A DNA stretch of 32,428 nt from Candidatus Brocadiales bacterium (GTDB lineage: Bacteria > Planctomycetota > Brocadiia > Brocadiales > Bathyanammoxibiaceae), in contig DATETB010000217.1 in the NCBI GenBank assembly GCA_035283825.1, positions 1 through 32,428 on the forward strand. Direction: 5' to 3'. Positions 1 to 8,490 of this stretch are shown piece by piece. The position numbers and the translations under genes were made by a program. Within the stretch, counting starts at the first letter, position 1; the number at the start of each line of letters is the position of its first letter. The notes under the pieces were generated by a model. That model was not told where the DNA came from. It made no database searches and saw only the letters and a list, made by a program, of their open reading frames with translations.

Positions 1-459
1 TATCTCTACCAGCTCCATTACCGGGGCAGGGTTCATGAAGTGTATGCCAATTACCTTCTCTGGCCTCCTGGTGGCTGAGGCAAGCCGGGTGATGGGTATG
101 GAAGAGGTGTTGGAGGCGAGGATGGTCTGCGGTGGGACGACGCTATCCAGTCTCCTGAAGATTTCCAGTTTTAGAGGCTCTGCCTCCGATACCGCCTCAA
201 TAATTATCTCAGTCCCGGCCAGCTCTTCCAACCCCTGGGACCCCTTTACCCTTTTTAGTATCTCTGCCTTCTTCTCCTGGGGGAGTCTGCCCCTCTGGAC
301 TAATTTGTCCAGGTTTTTGGCCACACCCTCCAGCGCCCTCTGGAGGAGGTCTCTATTGGCCTCTACTACCCTGACCTCCAACCCGGCGACTGCGGCAAGC
401 TGGGCTATACCCTGCCCCATCTGACCGCCTCCCACTATACCCAATCCGCTTATGGTCAT
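1..459 (-). CDS. hbd: 3-hydroxybutyryl-CoA / 3-hydroxyacyl-CoA dehydrogenase, N-terminal ~153 codons; the gene continues past the left edge
   Basis: Absent from the ORF track because it has no stop in the window. My translation of the minus strand from ATG 459-457 gives MTISGLGIVGGGQMGQGIAQLAAVAGLEVRVVE...EKVIGIHFMNPAPVMELVEI. It has a GxGxxG Rossmann motif and the HFxNP motif. GGAGG lies 8 nt upstream. The + ORF 35..424 is its antisense shadow. Confidence 0.85.
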   Translation of the reverse strand, partial: MTISGLGIVGGGQMGQGIAQLAAVAGLEVRVVEANRDLLQRALEGVAKNLDKLVQRGRLPQEKKAEILKRVKGSQGLEELAGTEIIIEAVSEAEPLKLEIFRRLDSVVPPQTILASNTSSIPITRLASATRRPEKVIGIHFMNPAPVMELVEI

Positions 460-495
460 GTGACTATCCTCCCATATCATTTCCACTGCTAGAAG

Positions 496-522
496 CAGGG
501 GCACGTTGCAACGTGCCCCTAC
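496..522. repeat. REP-like hairpin, GTAG head on the minus strand (GTAGGGGCACGTTGCAACGTGCCCCTG)
   Basis: Perfect palindrome AGGGGCACGTTGCAACGTGCCCCT at 497-520. Its core recurs at 14859-14887. The CTA at 522-524 is the thiolase TAG stop. Confidence 0.85.
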
Positions 523-1724
523 TACATCATCTCTACTGCCAGGGCTACGGCCTCGCCGCCACCTATGCAGAGACTGGCAATGCCCCTCATCCGCCCGGCG
601 GTGCTACCGCCCGCCCCAGGATGCCCTGAGAGGGCGTAGAGCAGGGTGGTAAGGATCCTGGCGCCGCTGGCCCCGATGGGATGTCCCAGGGCGATGGCGC
701 CACCCCTTACGTTAACCTTATCCAGGTCCAGACCCAACTCCCTATATATAGCGATGCAGGTGGAGGCAAAGGCCTCGTTTATCTCAAATAAATTAATATC
801 CGTTACGTCCAGTTTCAACTTCCTTAATAGTTTATTGATGGCCTCCACGGGGGCCAGGGAAAAGAGTTCGGGCGCCATGGCCGCCTCGGAGTAGCCCAGG
901 ACCCTGGCCATAGGTCTTACTCCCAATTCCTTTGCCCTATCCTCTGTGGCAAGCACCACTGCCGCCGCCCCATCGCTCAGGGCAGAGGAGTTAGCCGCCG
1001 TGAGTACGCCCCCCTCCTTAAAGACAGGGGACAGGGCGGCCATCTTATCCCTGTCCAGCCTCTTGGGGCAATCGTCCTCTGACACCAATATCTTTTTGCC
1101 CTGATGGGTCATCTCTATGGGGATTATCTCCTCCCTGAAGTCCCCCTGTCTCTGGGACTGGACGGCCCTCTCGTAGCTCTGGAGGGCAAGGTCATCGGCC
1201 TCTTTACGGCTTATACGGTATTTCTCTGCAATGAGTTCTGCGGCATGGCCCATATGAAAATTATTGTAAACGTCCCACAACCCATCCTTTATCATGCTGT
1301 CAACAAGTGAACCGTGCCCAATGCGGTAACCCCACCGCCCCTCTTCTAGTAGATAGGGGGCACGACTCATACACTCCATCCCCCCGCAGAGGACGACTTC
1401 TGCATCGCCACAGAGTATGGCCTGGGCCCCCAGCATCACGGCCTTTAACCCTGAACCACATACCTTGTTCACTGTCAGGGCATTGGTACCAACGGGGAGT
1501 CCACATCCCAGGGCCACCTGCCTGGCCGGGGACTGTCCCAGCCCGGCAGAGAGTACGTTTCCCATTATCACCTGCTCTACATCGGCGGCCTTTATACCTG
1601 ATTTCTGGATGGCCCCTCTTGCGGCTAGGGCACCTAGCTGTGTTGCGGGGATTTGACTCAAAGAGCCGCCAAAGCCCCCAATGGGCGTCCTGGCGGCGCT
1701 GAGGATGACGGGTATATTGGCCAT
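522..1724 (-). CDS. acetyl-CoA C-acetyltransferase (thiolase II)
   Basis: 400 aa with thiolase signatures: VNKVCGSGLKAV (active-site Cys), NEAFAS, GHPIGASGARIL, CIGGGEAVA. Sits directly downstream of hbd. Confidence 0.95.
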   Translation of the reverse strand: MANIPVILSAARTPIGGFGGSLSQIPATQLGALAARGAIQKSGIKAADVEQVIMGNVLSAGLGQSPARQVALGCGLPVGTNALTVNKVCGSGLKAVMLGAQAILCGDAEVVLCGGMECMSRAPYLLEEGRWGYRIGHGSLVDSMIKDGLWDVYNNFHMGHAAELIAEKYRISRKEADDLALQSYERAVQSQRQGDFREEIIPIEMTHQGKKILVSEDDCPKRLDRDKMAALSPVFKEGGVLTAANSSALSDGAAAVVLATEDRAKELGVRPMARVLGYSEAAMAPELFSLAPVEAINKLLRKLKLDVTDINLFEINEAFASTCIAIYRELGLDLDKVNVRGGAIALGHPIGASGARILTTLLYALSGHPGAGGSTAGRMRGIASLCIGGGEAVALAVEMM

Positions 1725-1773
1725 TAGCCTGATATATTAGCCTTAATCGGCCCAGTTGCAAAGTCTTTTTAAT

Positions 1774-1802
1774 GTAGGGGCAGGTTTCAAACCTGCCCCT
1801 AC
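1774..1802. repeat. REP-like hairpin GTAGGGGCAGGTTTCAAACCTGCCCCTAC
   Basis: Perfect 12-bp stem with conserved GTAGGGGC/GCCCCTAC termini. Immediately followed by a CGCCTCAGGCG palindrome. Confidence 0.85.
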
Positions 1803-1819
1803 TTCGCCTCAGGCGGATG
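1803..1819. repeat. CCGCCTNAGGCGG-family palindrome (variant TTCGCCTCAGGCGGATG)
   Basis: Palindromic core CGCCTCAGGCG at 1805-1815. Confidence 0.8.
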
Positions 1820-1859
1820 TCACCCATCTCTATGGCAAAATAGCAAATACCATCTCATA

Positions 1860-1887
1860 TTGACTTTGGAATAGTTTCTTGTAAAAT
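1860..1887 (+). promoter_or_regulatory. candidate sigma70-type promoter (TTGACT-16 nt-TAAAAT) for the 1940 gene
   Basis: TTGACT at 1860-1865 and TAAAAT at 1882-1887 with a 16-nt spacer, about 50 nt upstream of the ORF. Sequence match only. Confidence 0.35.
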
Positions 1888-1939
1888 CTATCACGTTGAC
1901 ATTGAGACAGGTTACTTTATCATCCTCTCGGAGGGATGC

Positions 1940-2389
1940 TTGAAGAAATCTCTGGCCCTTAAAATCCTGTGCCTGTGGATTAGTTGCCTCCTACTAGTAG
2001 GGAGTCTATACAATGGCCCTACGCTGTCTGTAACCAAGAAAGGGGGCTACCCTTGTGAGGGGCATGGGTGCGGGTGCAGGAGTGCAGAGGATTGCCTGAG
2101 ACATTGCTGTTGCCATTCCCACGCCTTGCACGAAGACGGGTCTTGTAGGCATGACATAACAGGGGCACAAAGCGCCTCACCGCTATCAAAGTACTCCTTC
2201 CTGCGGGGCCTTGCCTGTCTGGGATATCCACATAAATTCTCCCCCCTCACTAACCTTGTCTTCCTTCCCCAGGAGGGTCATGCACTCCCCATGGAGACCC
2301 CCCAGGGTTTCACAAAAGAGATTACCTTTCCTGTACTTCCCCAGGGTTGTATCTCGCCGTTAGAAAGACCCCCAGAGACCCCTTGCTGA
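1940..2389 (+). CDS. secreted Cys/His-rich hypothetical protein, possibly metal-binding
   Basis: TTG start 4 nt after GGAGGG. N-terminal signal-like segment MKKSLALKILCLWISCLLLVGS. Dense Cys/His block CEGHGCGCRSAEDCLRHCCCHSHALHEDGSCRH. I recognise no family. Confidence 0.5.
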   Translation: MKKSLALKILCLWISCLLLVGSLYNGPTLSVTKKGGYPCEGHGCGCRSAEDCLRHCCCHSHALHEDGSCRHDITGAQSASPLSKYSFLRGLACLGYPHKFSPLTNLVFLPQEGHALPMETPQGFTKEITFPVLPQGCISPLERPPETPC

Positions 2390-2429
2390 GACGTAACGTG
2401 CGACCCGCTTCAGGTGGACGTTGCACGAC

Positions 2430-2456
2430 AGCGTGCCAGATGAACTGGCACGCTAC
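2430..2456. repeat. REP-like hairpin, GTAG head on the minus strand (GTAGCGTGCCAG-TTCAT-CTGGCACGCT); possible terminator of the 1940 gene
   Basis: Perfect 10-bp stem AGCGTGCCAG/CTGGCACGCT with a 5-nt loop, about 40 nt after the stop at 2389. Confidence 0.7.
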
Positions 2457-2553
2457 ATCCTAAGGCAAGGGGAATAAGTCCATCCATAACATGCTACCCT
2501 GCATGCCATCTACATAAACATTATGCAGGCAGGGAAGGACTTCCCCATAGATA

Positions 2554-2581
2554 GTAGGGGCAATTCACGAATCGCCCCTAC
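2554..2581. repeat. REP-like hairpin GTAGGGGCAATTCACGAATCGCCCCTAC (imperfect stem)
   Basis: Conserved GTAGGGGC/GCCCCTAC termini around an imperfect inner stem. Confidence 0.75.
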
Positions 2582-2640
2582 ATAACCGGTATCCGCTTCA
2601 GACGGGCTAATCCGTCTAAGACGGGAAAGGAGCATTGGGG

Positions 2641-3669
2641 ATGAAATATCTAGTTTGTATTGTTACCCTTTTTTTCTGTCTTCTTGCAAGAGAAGTCTTT
2701 GGTGGGTGCCATGGCAGTGTAGGGGTCGGACCAGGGAAGTCAGGGCCTGTCATCACGACCCCAGCCACAACACTGCGAAAGGGCCATTTTTTTGTGGACT
2801 TCCGTCTGGAAAACCTCAAGTTTGACCGCTACAGCGATGGCGAACTACGGGACTTTGCCTCAGAGGGGGGGCAGGAGGTACACAGCGTAGACTCCAGGTG
2901 GAGTACTATCTTGACCGGGGCCTATGGGGTAACAAATGACTTCTCAATAGGCCTTCGTCTCCCATACGTCTCTTTTGAGCAGGTAAAAGAAGGACACGTG
3001 CATGAGGATGGGGACGTAGAGTTACACAGACACGGCGACTCGGCAGACTTTGGAGACCTTACCCTCTTCGGACAATATAGACTCTTGCACCGTCATAGCA
3101 AGGAGCTGGAGGTGTCCGCCCTCTTCGGGCTGAAGACGCCCACGGGACGCACCTCTGAGAGGCCCCGCCATGGCCCGCGCTTTGAGGTGGAACACCAGCC
3201 AGGTTCTGGCTCCTGGGACCCCATGGCCGGCCTGGCCGTAACAAAACGCTGGGGTAAGTTATCCCTGGATAGCAACATCCTCTACATGTTCACCACCCAC
3301 GGCAGTCAACGCACCGTTCTGGGGGACACGTTCCTCTACAATTTCGCCACCTCTTACAGGATTGGTGAGATAAGGCACGTACACCACCACATGGTGGGTG
3401 ACCAGGTGCACGACAAGGAACACACCCACCTGGCATGGGACCTCGTGGCAGAATTAAACGGGGAGTGGCATGGCAAAAATGAAATCAGAAATAGGAATGA
3501 CGATAACAGTGGCGGGAACCAGGTCTATTTCTCCCCTGGTGTGAGGGCCACCATTGCCGACCGCTATTCGCCCTTCTTCTCCGTGGGCATACCCATTCTC
3601 CAGGACATGAACGGAAAGGAGCAGGAATCGGACTACAGGTTTGTGGTGGGAATAGGCATAGGATTCTAG
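2641..3669 (+). CDS. outer-membrane beta-barrel protein (MetA-pathway/'transporter' PF13557-like) with His-rich loops
   Basis: ATG 2641 lies 8 nt after AAGGAG; the track's TTG 2635 is less likely. Signal peptide present. FGDLTLFGQYRL and FGLKTPTG motifs and a C-terminal ...GIGIGF ending in Phe. His-rich inserts HVHEDGDVELHRHGD and IRHVHHHMVGDQVHDKEHTH. Confidence 0.7.
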   Translation: MKYLVCIVTLFFCLLAREVFGGCHGSVGVGPGKSGPVITTPATTLRKGHFFVDFRLENLKFDRYSDGELRDFASEGGQEVHSVDSRWSTILTGAYGVTNDFSIGLRLPYVSFEQVKEGHVHEDGDVELHRHGDSADFGDLTLFGQYRLLHRHSKELEVSALFGLKTPTGRTSERPRHGPRFEVEHQPGSGSWDPMAGLAVTKRWGKLSLDSNILYMFTTHGSQRTVLGDTFLYNFATSYRIGEIRHVHHHMVGDQVHDKEHTHLAWDLVAELNGEWHGKNEIRNRNDDNSGGNQVYFSPGVRATIADRYSPFFSVGIPILQDMNGKEQESDYRFVVGIGIGF

Positions 3670-3675
3670 GGCCTT

Positions 3676-3713
3676 GCAGGGGCGACCCGCCTACGGCTGA
3701 CGGTCGCCCCTGC
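3676..3713. repeat. hairpin GCAGGGGCGACC-N14-GGTCGCCCCTGC (REP-like variant); likely terminator of the OMP gene
   Basis: 12-bp perfect stem starting 7 nt after the TAG at 3667-3669. Confidence 0.7.
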
Positions 3714-3779
3714 CCCTTCACGCCCGTCTGAGACCTCTGATATTATGTTAGGCCACCTCCTGCGGGTTTGGTAAACTTA

Positions 3780-3839
3780 GGGGGTAGGGAGTAGGGAACA
3801 GCAATCTTTTTCCCTAATCCCTACGCCCTACTCCCTGCC
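3780..3839. repeat. inverted heptamer arrays: (NNTAGGG)x2, spacer, (CCCTNNN)x4
   Basis: GGTAGGG AGTAGGG at 3783-3796. CCCTAAT CCCTACG CCCTACT CCCTGCC at 3812-3839. The two arms are partly complementary. Confidence 0.8.
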
Positions 3840-3860
3840 TTTTGGGGTGGTAAGTCCGCT

Positions 3861-3873
3861 CCGCCTCAGGCGG
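3861..3873. repeat. CCGCCTCAGGCGG palindrome
   Basis: Exact 13-mer palindrome in intergenic sequence. Confidence 0.85.
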
Positions 3874-3969
3874 AGAGGGAGAAAAGTTGGTGGTATTTAT
3901 GGACTTTTTCAGAAGTCTCCGAGGGTAGAAGCTAACCCCTCTCAATAAAGAGGGGACAGAAGGCCTTGG

Positions 3970-5178
3970 ATGTCAAAAGGACTTAGACCCATTAATGCCC
4001 TTGACACGGGAGCGCCCATCAAGGTACTCCATGTCATAACCAGGCTACTGCCTGGAGGTGCGGCAGACGGTACCCTAAACCTATGTCAGGGGTTAAAGGA
4101 GAGGGGCTTCCAGGTGGAGTTGGCCGCCGCCCCAGACCCAAAGATGGCTGAGACGGTCCAAAGAATGGGCATCCCTTTTCACTCTATCCCGGAGTTCAGG
4201 AGGGACATCAACCCCTTTTACGATACCTGGGCCTTCTTCAAACTGTATAAACTCATCCGTAGCGGTGGTTATCAGGTAGTCCACACCCATACCTCAAAGG
4301 CAGGCATACTGGGCAGACTTGCCGCAAGGCTTGCCCACACCCCTGTAATAGTCCATGCACCACGGGGGAGCATCTTTCACCCCGCGTTTTTTAGCCCCCT
4401 TGTCCAGTGGTTTTTCACCTTAATAGAAAGGTTAGCGGCCCCCTGGGCCGATAAAATTATAGCCATGTGCCAAAGCGAGGCCAGGGATTATCTGGGTCAT
4501 AGAATTGCCCCAAAAGAAAAGTACACCGTAATTGATAGCGGCATTAACCTGAATAGATTCAGGCATACCCGGGTTGACGCGGCAGAAAAGAAACAGGGGC
4601 TTGGTCTGCCCAGGGATTCTTTTGTGATAGGCATAATAGCCCGACTAAGTCCCGAAAAGGGACACTTTACGGCGCTGGAGGCCTTCCAGAAGGTATATAA
4701 AGAGGTCACAGACGCCTTCCTACTGATAGTAGGAGAGGGAGAATTAAAAGAGGCGATTCGTCAGAGAATAACCAGGATGGGCATTGGGGATAGGGTGGTA
4801 ATGACCGGTTACAGGACGGATATACCTGAGATTACCCGCACTCTTGACGTATCCCTCAACCCCTCCTTATGGGATTGTAGCCCCCGTTCCGTCCTGGAGG
4901 CCATGGTCTGCGGCATACCTGTAATTGCCACTAATGTGGGCGGTATACCGGAGATGGTATCAGACGGAGAAACGGGTCTGCTTGTCCCGGCAGGAGATGC
5001 AGAGGCTATGGCCCATTGTATCCTCCGCCTGAGGAGGGATGCAGGACTGGGGAAGAAACTAACCGGCCAGGCGGCCAAAAGGGGTCAAGGACTCTTTGAC
5101 CTGCCCAGGACCGTAGAGATGGTAACGCAGTTATACCTGGAGCTACTGACCGAGAAGGGATTTTTAGGAAAGACCTAA
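3970..5178 (+). CDS. glycosyltransferase family 4 (GT-B fold)
   Basis: 402 aa. N-terminal IKVLHVITRLLPGGA. C-terminal SVLEAMVCGIPVIATNVGGIPEMV...GETGLLV, an E-x7-E-type GT4 signature. Confidence 0.85.
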   Translation: MSKGLRPINALDTGAPIKVLHVITRLLPGGAADGTLNLCQGLKERGFQVELAAAPDPKMAETVQRMGIPFHSIPEFRRDINPFYDTWAFFKLYKLIRSGGYQVVHTHTSKAGILGRLAARLAHTPVIVHAPRGSIFHPAFFSPLVQWFFTLIERLAAPWADKIIAMCQSEARDYLGHRIAPKEKYTVIDSGINLNRFRHTRVDAAEKKQGLGLPRDSFVIGIIARLSPEKGHFTALEAFQKVYKEVTDAFLLIVGEGELKEAIRQRITRMGIGDRVVMTGYRTDIPEITRTLDVSLNPSLWDCSPRSVLEAMVCGIPVIATNVGGIPEMVSDGETGLLVPAGDAEAMAHCILRLRRDAGLGKKLTGQAAKRGQGLFDLPRTVEMVTQLYLELLTEKGFLGKT

Positions 5179-5185
5179 TAACCCT

Positions 5186-6082
5186 ATGTCAGTTAAGACC
5201 CGATGTAACTTTTGTAACTCTGATGATTACATTACCCTCACCCAGGTGATTGTCTCTCCAATCCCTGAGACCTCCTGGCTGGTACGATGTAAGAGATGCG
5301 GCTTTACCTATATAAACCCCAAACCCACCCTGGAGAGGGCGAGGGGGTTTTATGACCTTGAGTATTTTAAACCGGGAGAGGAGGCGCTCTGGAGGGAGGA
5401 CAGATACCCACTGTTTGAAAAGGTGCTCTCCCGTATTGAATCCACTATCCCAGAGGGTAGGCTCCTGGACATAGGTTGTGGCAAGGGCTACTTCCTTGAC
5501 CTGGCCAGGAAGAGGGGGTGGCAGGGAGTGGGGACTGACGTCTCCTCCACCGCCATACAGTTTGCCAGGGACACCCTGGGCCTTGAGGTCTATATGGCTG
5601 AATTGAAAGACCTGAAACTACCCGAGAACTCCTTTGATGTGGCTACCGCATGGAACGTACTGGACCAGATTTATGACCCGTGGGGTAACCTGAGGGAAAT
5701 CTTCAAGGCGCTAAGAAGCGGAGGTCTCATCGCCTTAAGGGTATCCAACCTACACTTCCACTACTACCTGCAACACCTCTCTAACCTAATCAATTCTATC
5801 CTGTCAGATAGTCTAAAGGTTACAGCCCCCACCGTCTTTCACCTATACATGTTTTCCCCGGGGACACTGGAGATGCTCCTAAGGGAGGCAGGTTTTGTGG
5901 ACATACGGGTAGAGAATTCCACCCTTGACCCTAACGTCCCAGCCCTTGTAAACCTTGCCGGGAAACCTGCCGAGGTCTTATTACGGAATACCACCTATCT
6001 TTTTGCCCAGACTATCTCTTATTTGTCGTTTGGAAATCTGCTAATAAGCCCTTCCCTGGTAGCTTTTGCCAAAAAGCCCTAG
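5186..6082 (+). CDS. class I SAM-dependent methyltransferase with an N-terminal Cys4 zinc-ribbon
   Basis: CNFCNS...CKRCG ribbon, motif I LLDIGCGKGYF, and post-I/II motifs. Starts 8 nt after the GT4 gene. Confidence 0.85.
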   Translation: MSVKTRCNFCNSDDYITLTQVIVSPIPETSWLVRCKRCGFTYINPKPTLERARGFYDLEYFKPGEEALWREDRYPLFEKVLSRIESTIPEGRLLDIGCGKGYFLDLARKRGWQGVGTDVSSTAIQFARDTLGLEVYMAELKDLKLPENSFDVATAWNVLDQIYDPWGNLREIFKALRSGGLIALRVSNLHFHYYLQHLSNLINSILSDSLKVTAPTVFHLYMFSPGTLEMLLREAGFVDIRVENSTLDPNVPALVNLAGKPAEVLLRNTTYLFAQTISYLSFGNLLISPSLVAFAKKP

Positions 6083-6201
6083 TAGGGGCAGCATTGGGGG
6101 CAGAGCCCCAATGCTATAGCCCTGGTGCTCCGCCACCAGGGCTGCGTGTCTGCCCCAGACCTGGTGGTGGCGACCCATCCGCCTCAGGCGGACGCCCCTA
6201 C
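6082..6201. repeat. composite REP-like element bounded by GTAGGGGC...GCCCCTAC with nested hairpins
   Basis: Outer termini at 6082-6089 and 6194-6201. Inner hairpins GCATTGGGG/CCCCAATGC (6091-6114), CCCTGGTG/CACCAGGG (6120-6141) and CCGCCTCAGGCGG (6179-6191). Lies between convergent genes. Confidence 0.8.
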
Positions 6202-6206
6202 ATCTT

Positions 6207-6234
6207 AGAATCCAGAATTCAGTAGTCAGAATTC
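6207..6234. repeat. heptamer array AGAATCC AGAATTC AGTAGTC AGAATTC
   Basis: Four tandem 7-mers. The same AGAATTC-type array recurs at 32382-32428. Confidence 0.8.
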
Positions 6235-6242
6235 TGGACGTT

Positions 6243-7415
6243 CTATATTCTGAATTCGCTTATGAGCCTCCAGGCGCTTTTAAACCTCCAAGCCATGCAC
6301 CTCAGGTAATGGACTATCCCTATCTCAGAACCATCAAGGGCCTCCATCTCCGCCAGGATATCCCTGGGGGGGAAGAAGGTCCGCCAGAGAAATCTCATCT
6401 TATTCATCACACCCTGGTTCATTGGGAAATATACCAGGTATTGTAAACCAGGTTTATGGATACCCCTATTGATAAAATAGACGAAGGCTCTTTCCTCCAG
6501 ACCAAGGCTTAAGGGCCTGAGTCTGTCTAAAACATGTTGTGGTACATCTGTATGCATTAAGAGTTTGGTTAGATAAAGCCCATAGTATAAAGGTCTGGAG
6601 AGACGGAATTCCAGGGCCTCCCGCACTAATTCCTCCCAGTCCAGCTGCCCCCTGTAGTGGTTAATTACCAGGTGTATATCCCACAGGAGGAGGAGCCTAT
6701 CGTAGGCGTGCCTCAGGGCATGGACGCTGAGGTGGAGGAGTTGATGATGCGGGGCAAGGATGAGGCTTCTATAGCCTTCTATCTCTACGGGTATAGCCTC
6801 CTGCCACAGCTTGTCTAATGAAATTCTGTGCAGGTTAGGGAACATCCCATTTTCAATGTGCCAGTGTACCTCCAGGGACAGGACGGACTCGTCACGGTTC
6901 AGGAGGATAATTCTATTAACATACGGACCAGCCATCCCATAGGGTTTATACCCCAGAGAATCTAGCCGCCCCGTTACCTTTTCCAGGTCTTTGCGATGGA
7001 TCAGGATGTCAAAATCCATGAGGGGCTTTGCCCCTAAATCGTTATAAACCGTAGGAAGTAGGGCGGCCCCCTTCAACAGGATGACAGGTACGTCCACTGC
7101 CTTAAGACATCGCACCAACTCTCTAAAACAATACTTATGCTGGACCAGGGTTAAGAAATACTCCCGCCTCAAGTCCTCCAGATACTCCTGGGGCAGGAGA
7201 CCGTTACGGCCCTTCAACTCCTTATATAATACAAGAGATAGCCCCTCCTCCCTGGCCGTCTTTATTATGCCTCCCCAATCGTAGGGTGCGTCCTGCCTGA
7301 AAGACGGCGGATTTGCAACTTGACGTGCCCTGGAGGCTGAGCATAGAAATATGAGTTGCAAGACGTCACTCTGACGTTCTGAGACAAGTCCTCTTCGGAT
7401 ATTGCTCATAGACAC
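6243..7415 (-). CDS. uncharacterised nucleotidyltransferase (PF14907 / NTP_transf_5-like)
   Basis: 390 aa. VPVILLKGAALLPTVYNDLGAKPLMDFDILIHRKDLEKVTGRLDSLGYKP matches my memory of the family core (LLKG...R.M.D.DILV...GY). Start is GTG 7415 or ATG 7409. Last gene of the RiPP-like operon. Confidence 0.7.
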   Translation of the reverse strand: MSMSNIRRGLVSERQSDVLQLIFLCSASRARQVANPPSFRQDAPYDWGGIIKTAREEGLSLVLYKELKGRNGLLPQEYLEDLRREYFLTLVQHKYCFRELVRCLKAVDVPVILLKGAALLPTVYNDLGAKPLMDFDILIHRKDLEKVTGRLDSLGYKPYGMAGPYVNRIILLNRDESVLSLEVHWHIENGMFPNLHRISLDKLWQEAIPVEIEGYRSLILAPHHQLLHLSVHALRHAYDRLLLLWDIHLVINHYRGQLDWEELVREALEFRLSRPLYYGLYLTKLLMHTDVPQHVLDRLRPLSLGLEERAFVYFINRGIHKPGLQYLVYFPMNQGVMNKMRFLWRTFFPPRDILAEMEALDGSEIGIVHYLRCMAWRFKSAWRLISEFRI

Positions 7416-7463
7416 AGGCTATCTGTCTAAGGTGGGCCGGATTCCAGGGTTTTACGCCTTGGT

Positions 7464-8330
7464 CTAGCGATAGGCCTCCTCTGAGGTCTGTATCGTTGCT
7501 ATGGCAGGGGCGCTATATACGCCTATCCGCCTAAGGCGGACTAAGGCGGATCCGGGGCTTCGGCCTTGCTCACTACGGGCCTTGAACTTTCCTTTTATTG
7601 CCTTACCCCCTTCAATGAATTTTTCTAATGGGAACAAGGCGGCGAGCGAGATGAAACACCTTGGATAGGTCCGCCCTGTCAGGAGGATTTCCAGTGTCCG
7701 GGATAGTTCGGCCACCTTTTTCTGTAATTTGAGTACGTCAAGAGTTGGCAACACAGTCGGACATCCGGATGATAGTTCAAGTGGACTCTGGGTATTTTTC
7801 TCACACTCAGAATAATCTCTTGCATCTTCCCATATCCTGTGGGGGATACCGTATAGCCTGTCACTGGGGGGTCTGTATTCATATACCAGGCATCCACCTT
7901 GTTCGCCCGCAAAGGGGCATCTAACTTCTCTTCTAAGGAGGTGTCTTAAATATACTCTAGCATCTTGAACAACTCCGCCCAATTTCTTCTATATGGCCCC
8001 TGCAAACCTCTCAAGCCTTTCTATCTTTGGTATATCTCTCATGGCCCTTAGTCTTATGTCATGCCTTGTCTGTGGCTCAAGGGCCTGCATACCCATCCGT
8101 AGGTAATAGGCCCCTATGAAGTGGACAGAGACACCCCAACAACAGCACTCTGAACAGGCCAGTCCACAGGTTATCTTCAGGGAATGGGTGTGGACGTAGT
8201 CTTGAAACAGCCTGTCGGCCTCCGCCAGGAGGGACTTATATTCGGCCAGGATGGCCTGGACGGTGGTATTCACAGGTATTGTATGTGCTATTGTCATTAC
8301 AGTCAAGAAAGACAGCCTACGGTCTGTCAT
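7464..8330 (-). pseudogene. YkgJ/FliB-type CxxCxxCC zinc/iron-chelating domain protein (PF03692-like) interrupted by one in-frame TAG at 7989-7991
   Basis: Track ORFs 7989..8330 and 7464..7982 are in the same frame: (8330-7982) is divisible by 3. They are separated only by TAG-AAG-AAA. The upstream half has CGLACSECCC and the downstream half has RCPFAGEQGGCLVYEYRPP, which are the two halves of one domain. The second ORF has only a TTG and no SD. Confidence 0.6.
7527..7550. repeat. CCGCCTAAGGCGG palindrome plus duplicated half (ACTAAGGCGGA)
   Basis: Read as GSALVRLRRIG in the C-terminal tail of the YkgJ-like ORF. Confidence 0.8.
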
Positions 8331-8346
8331 TCTGAGTGAGCCGAAG
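8326..8346. repeat. GTCATTCTGAG(T/C)GA..CGAAG element
   Basis: GTCATTCTGAGTGAGCCGAAG here and CATTCTGAGCGAAGCGAAG at 11392-11410. Related GAAGCGAAGAATCTCAGAG at 8376-8394. Confidence 0.6.
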
Positions 8347-8354
8347 CCCTGAGT

Positions 8355-8367
8355 CCGCCTTAGGCGG
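8355..8367. repeat. CCGCCTTAGGCGG palindrome
   Basis: Exact 13-mer palindrome inside the 209-nt intergenic spacer. Confidence 0.85.
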
Positions 8368-8395
8368 ACGAAGGGGAAGCGAAGAATCTCAGAGA

Positions 8396-8490
8396 CCCTT
8401 CGCTCCGCTCAGGGTGACAGTGAGATTGTAGGGATAGACCTGCCCTGTACCAGACCTGCCCTAGAGCGGAGCGAAGGGACGGTACAGGGC
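8396..8490. repeat. interleaved inverted repeats (A-B-A'-B' order)
   Basis: CCCTTCGCTCCGCTC (8396-8410) pairs with GAGCGGAGCGAAGGG (8464-8478), 15/15. GCCCTGTACC (8442-8451) pairs with GGTACAGGGC (8481-8490), 10/10. Confidence 0.7.

Noticed and set aside
35-424. 129-aa + strand ORF at the left edge
   Set aside because: It is the antisense shadow of a clearly recognisable hbd gene on the minus strand (Rossmann GxGxxG, HFMNP). Its own product is low-complexity with no start context.
1300-1827. 175-aa and 131-aa ORFs overlapping the thiolase gene (1300..1827 -, 1307..1702 +)
   Set aside because: They are alternative frames of a strongly conserved thiolase CDS. Their Arg/Pro/Gly-rich composition is typical of off-frame GC-rich translation.
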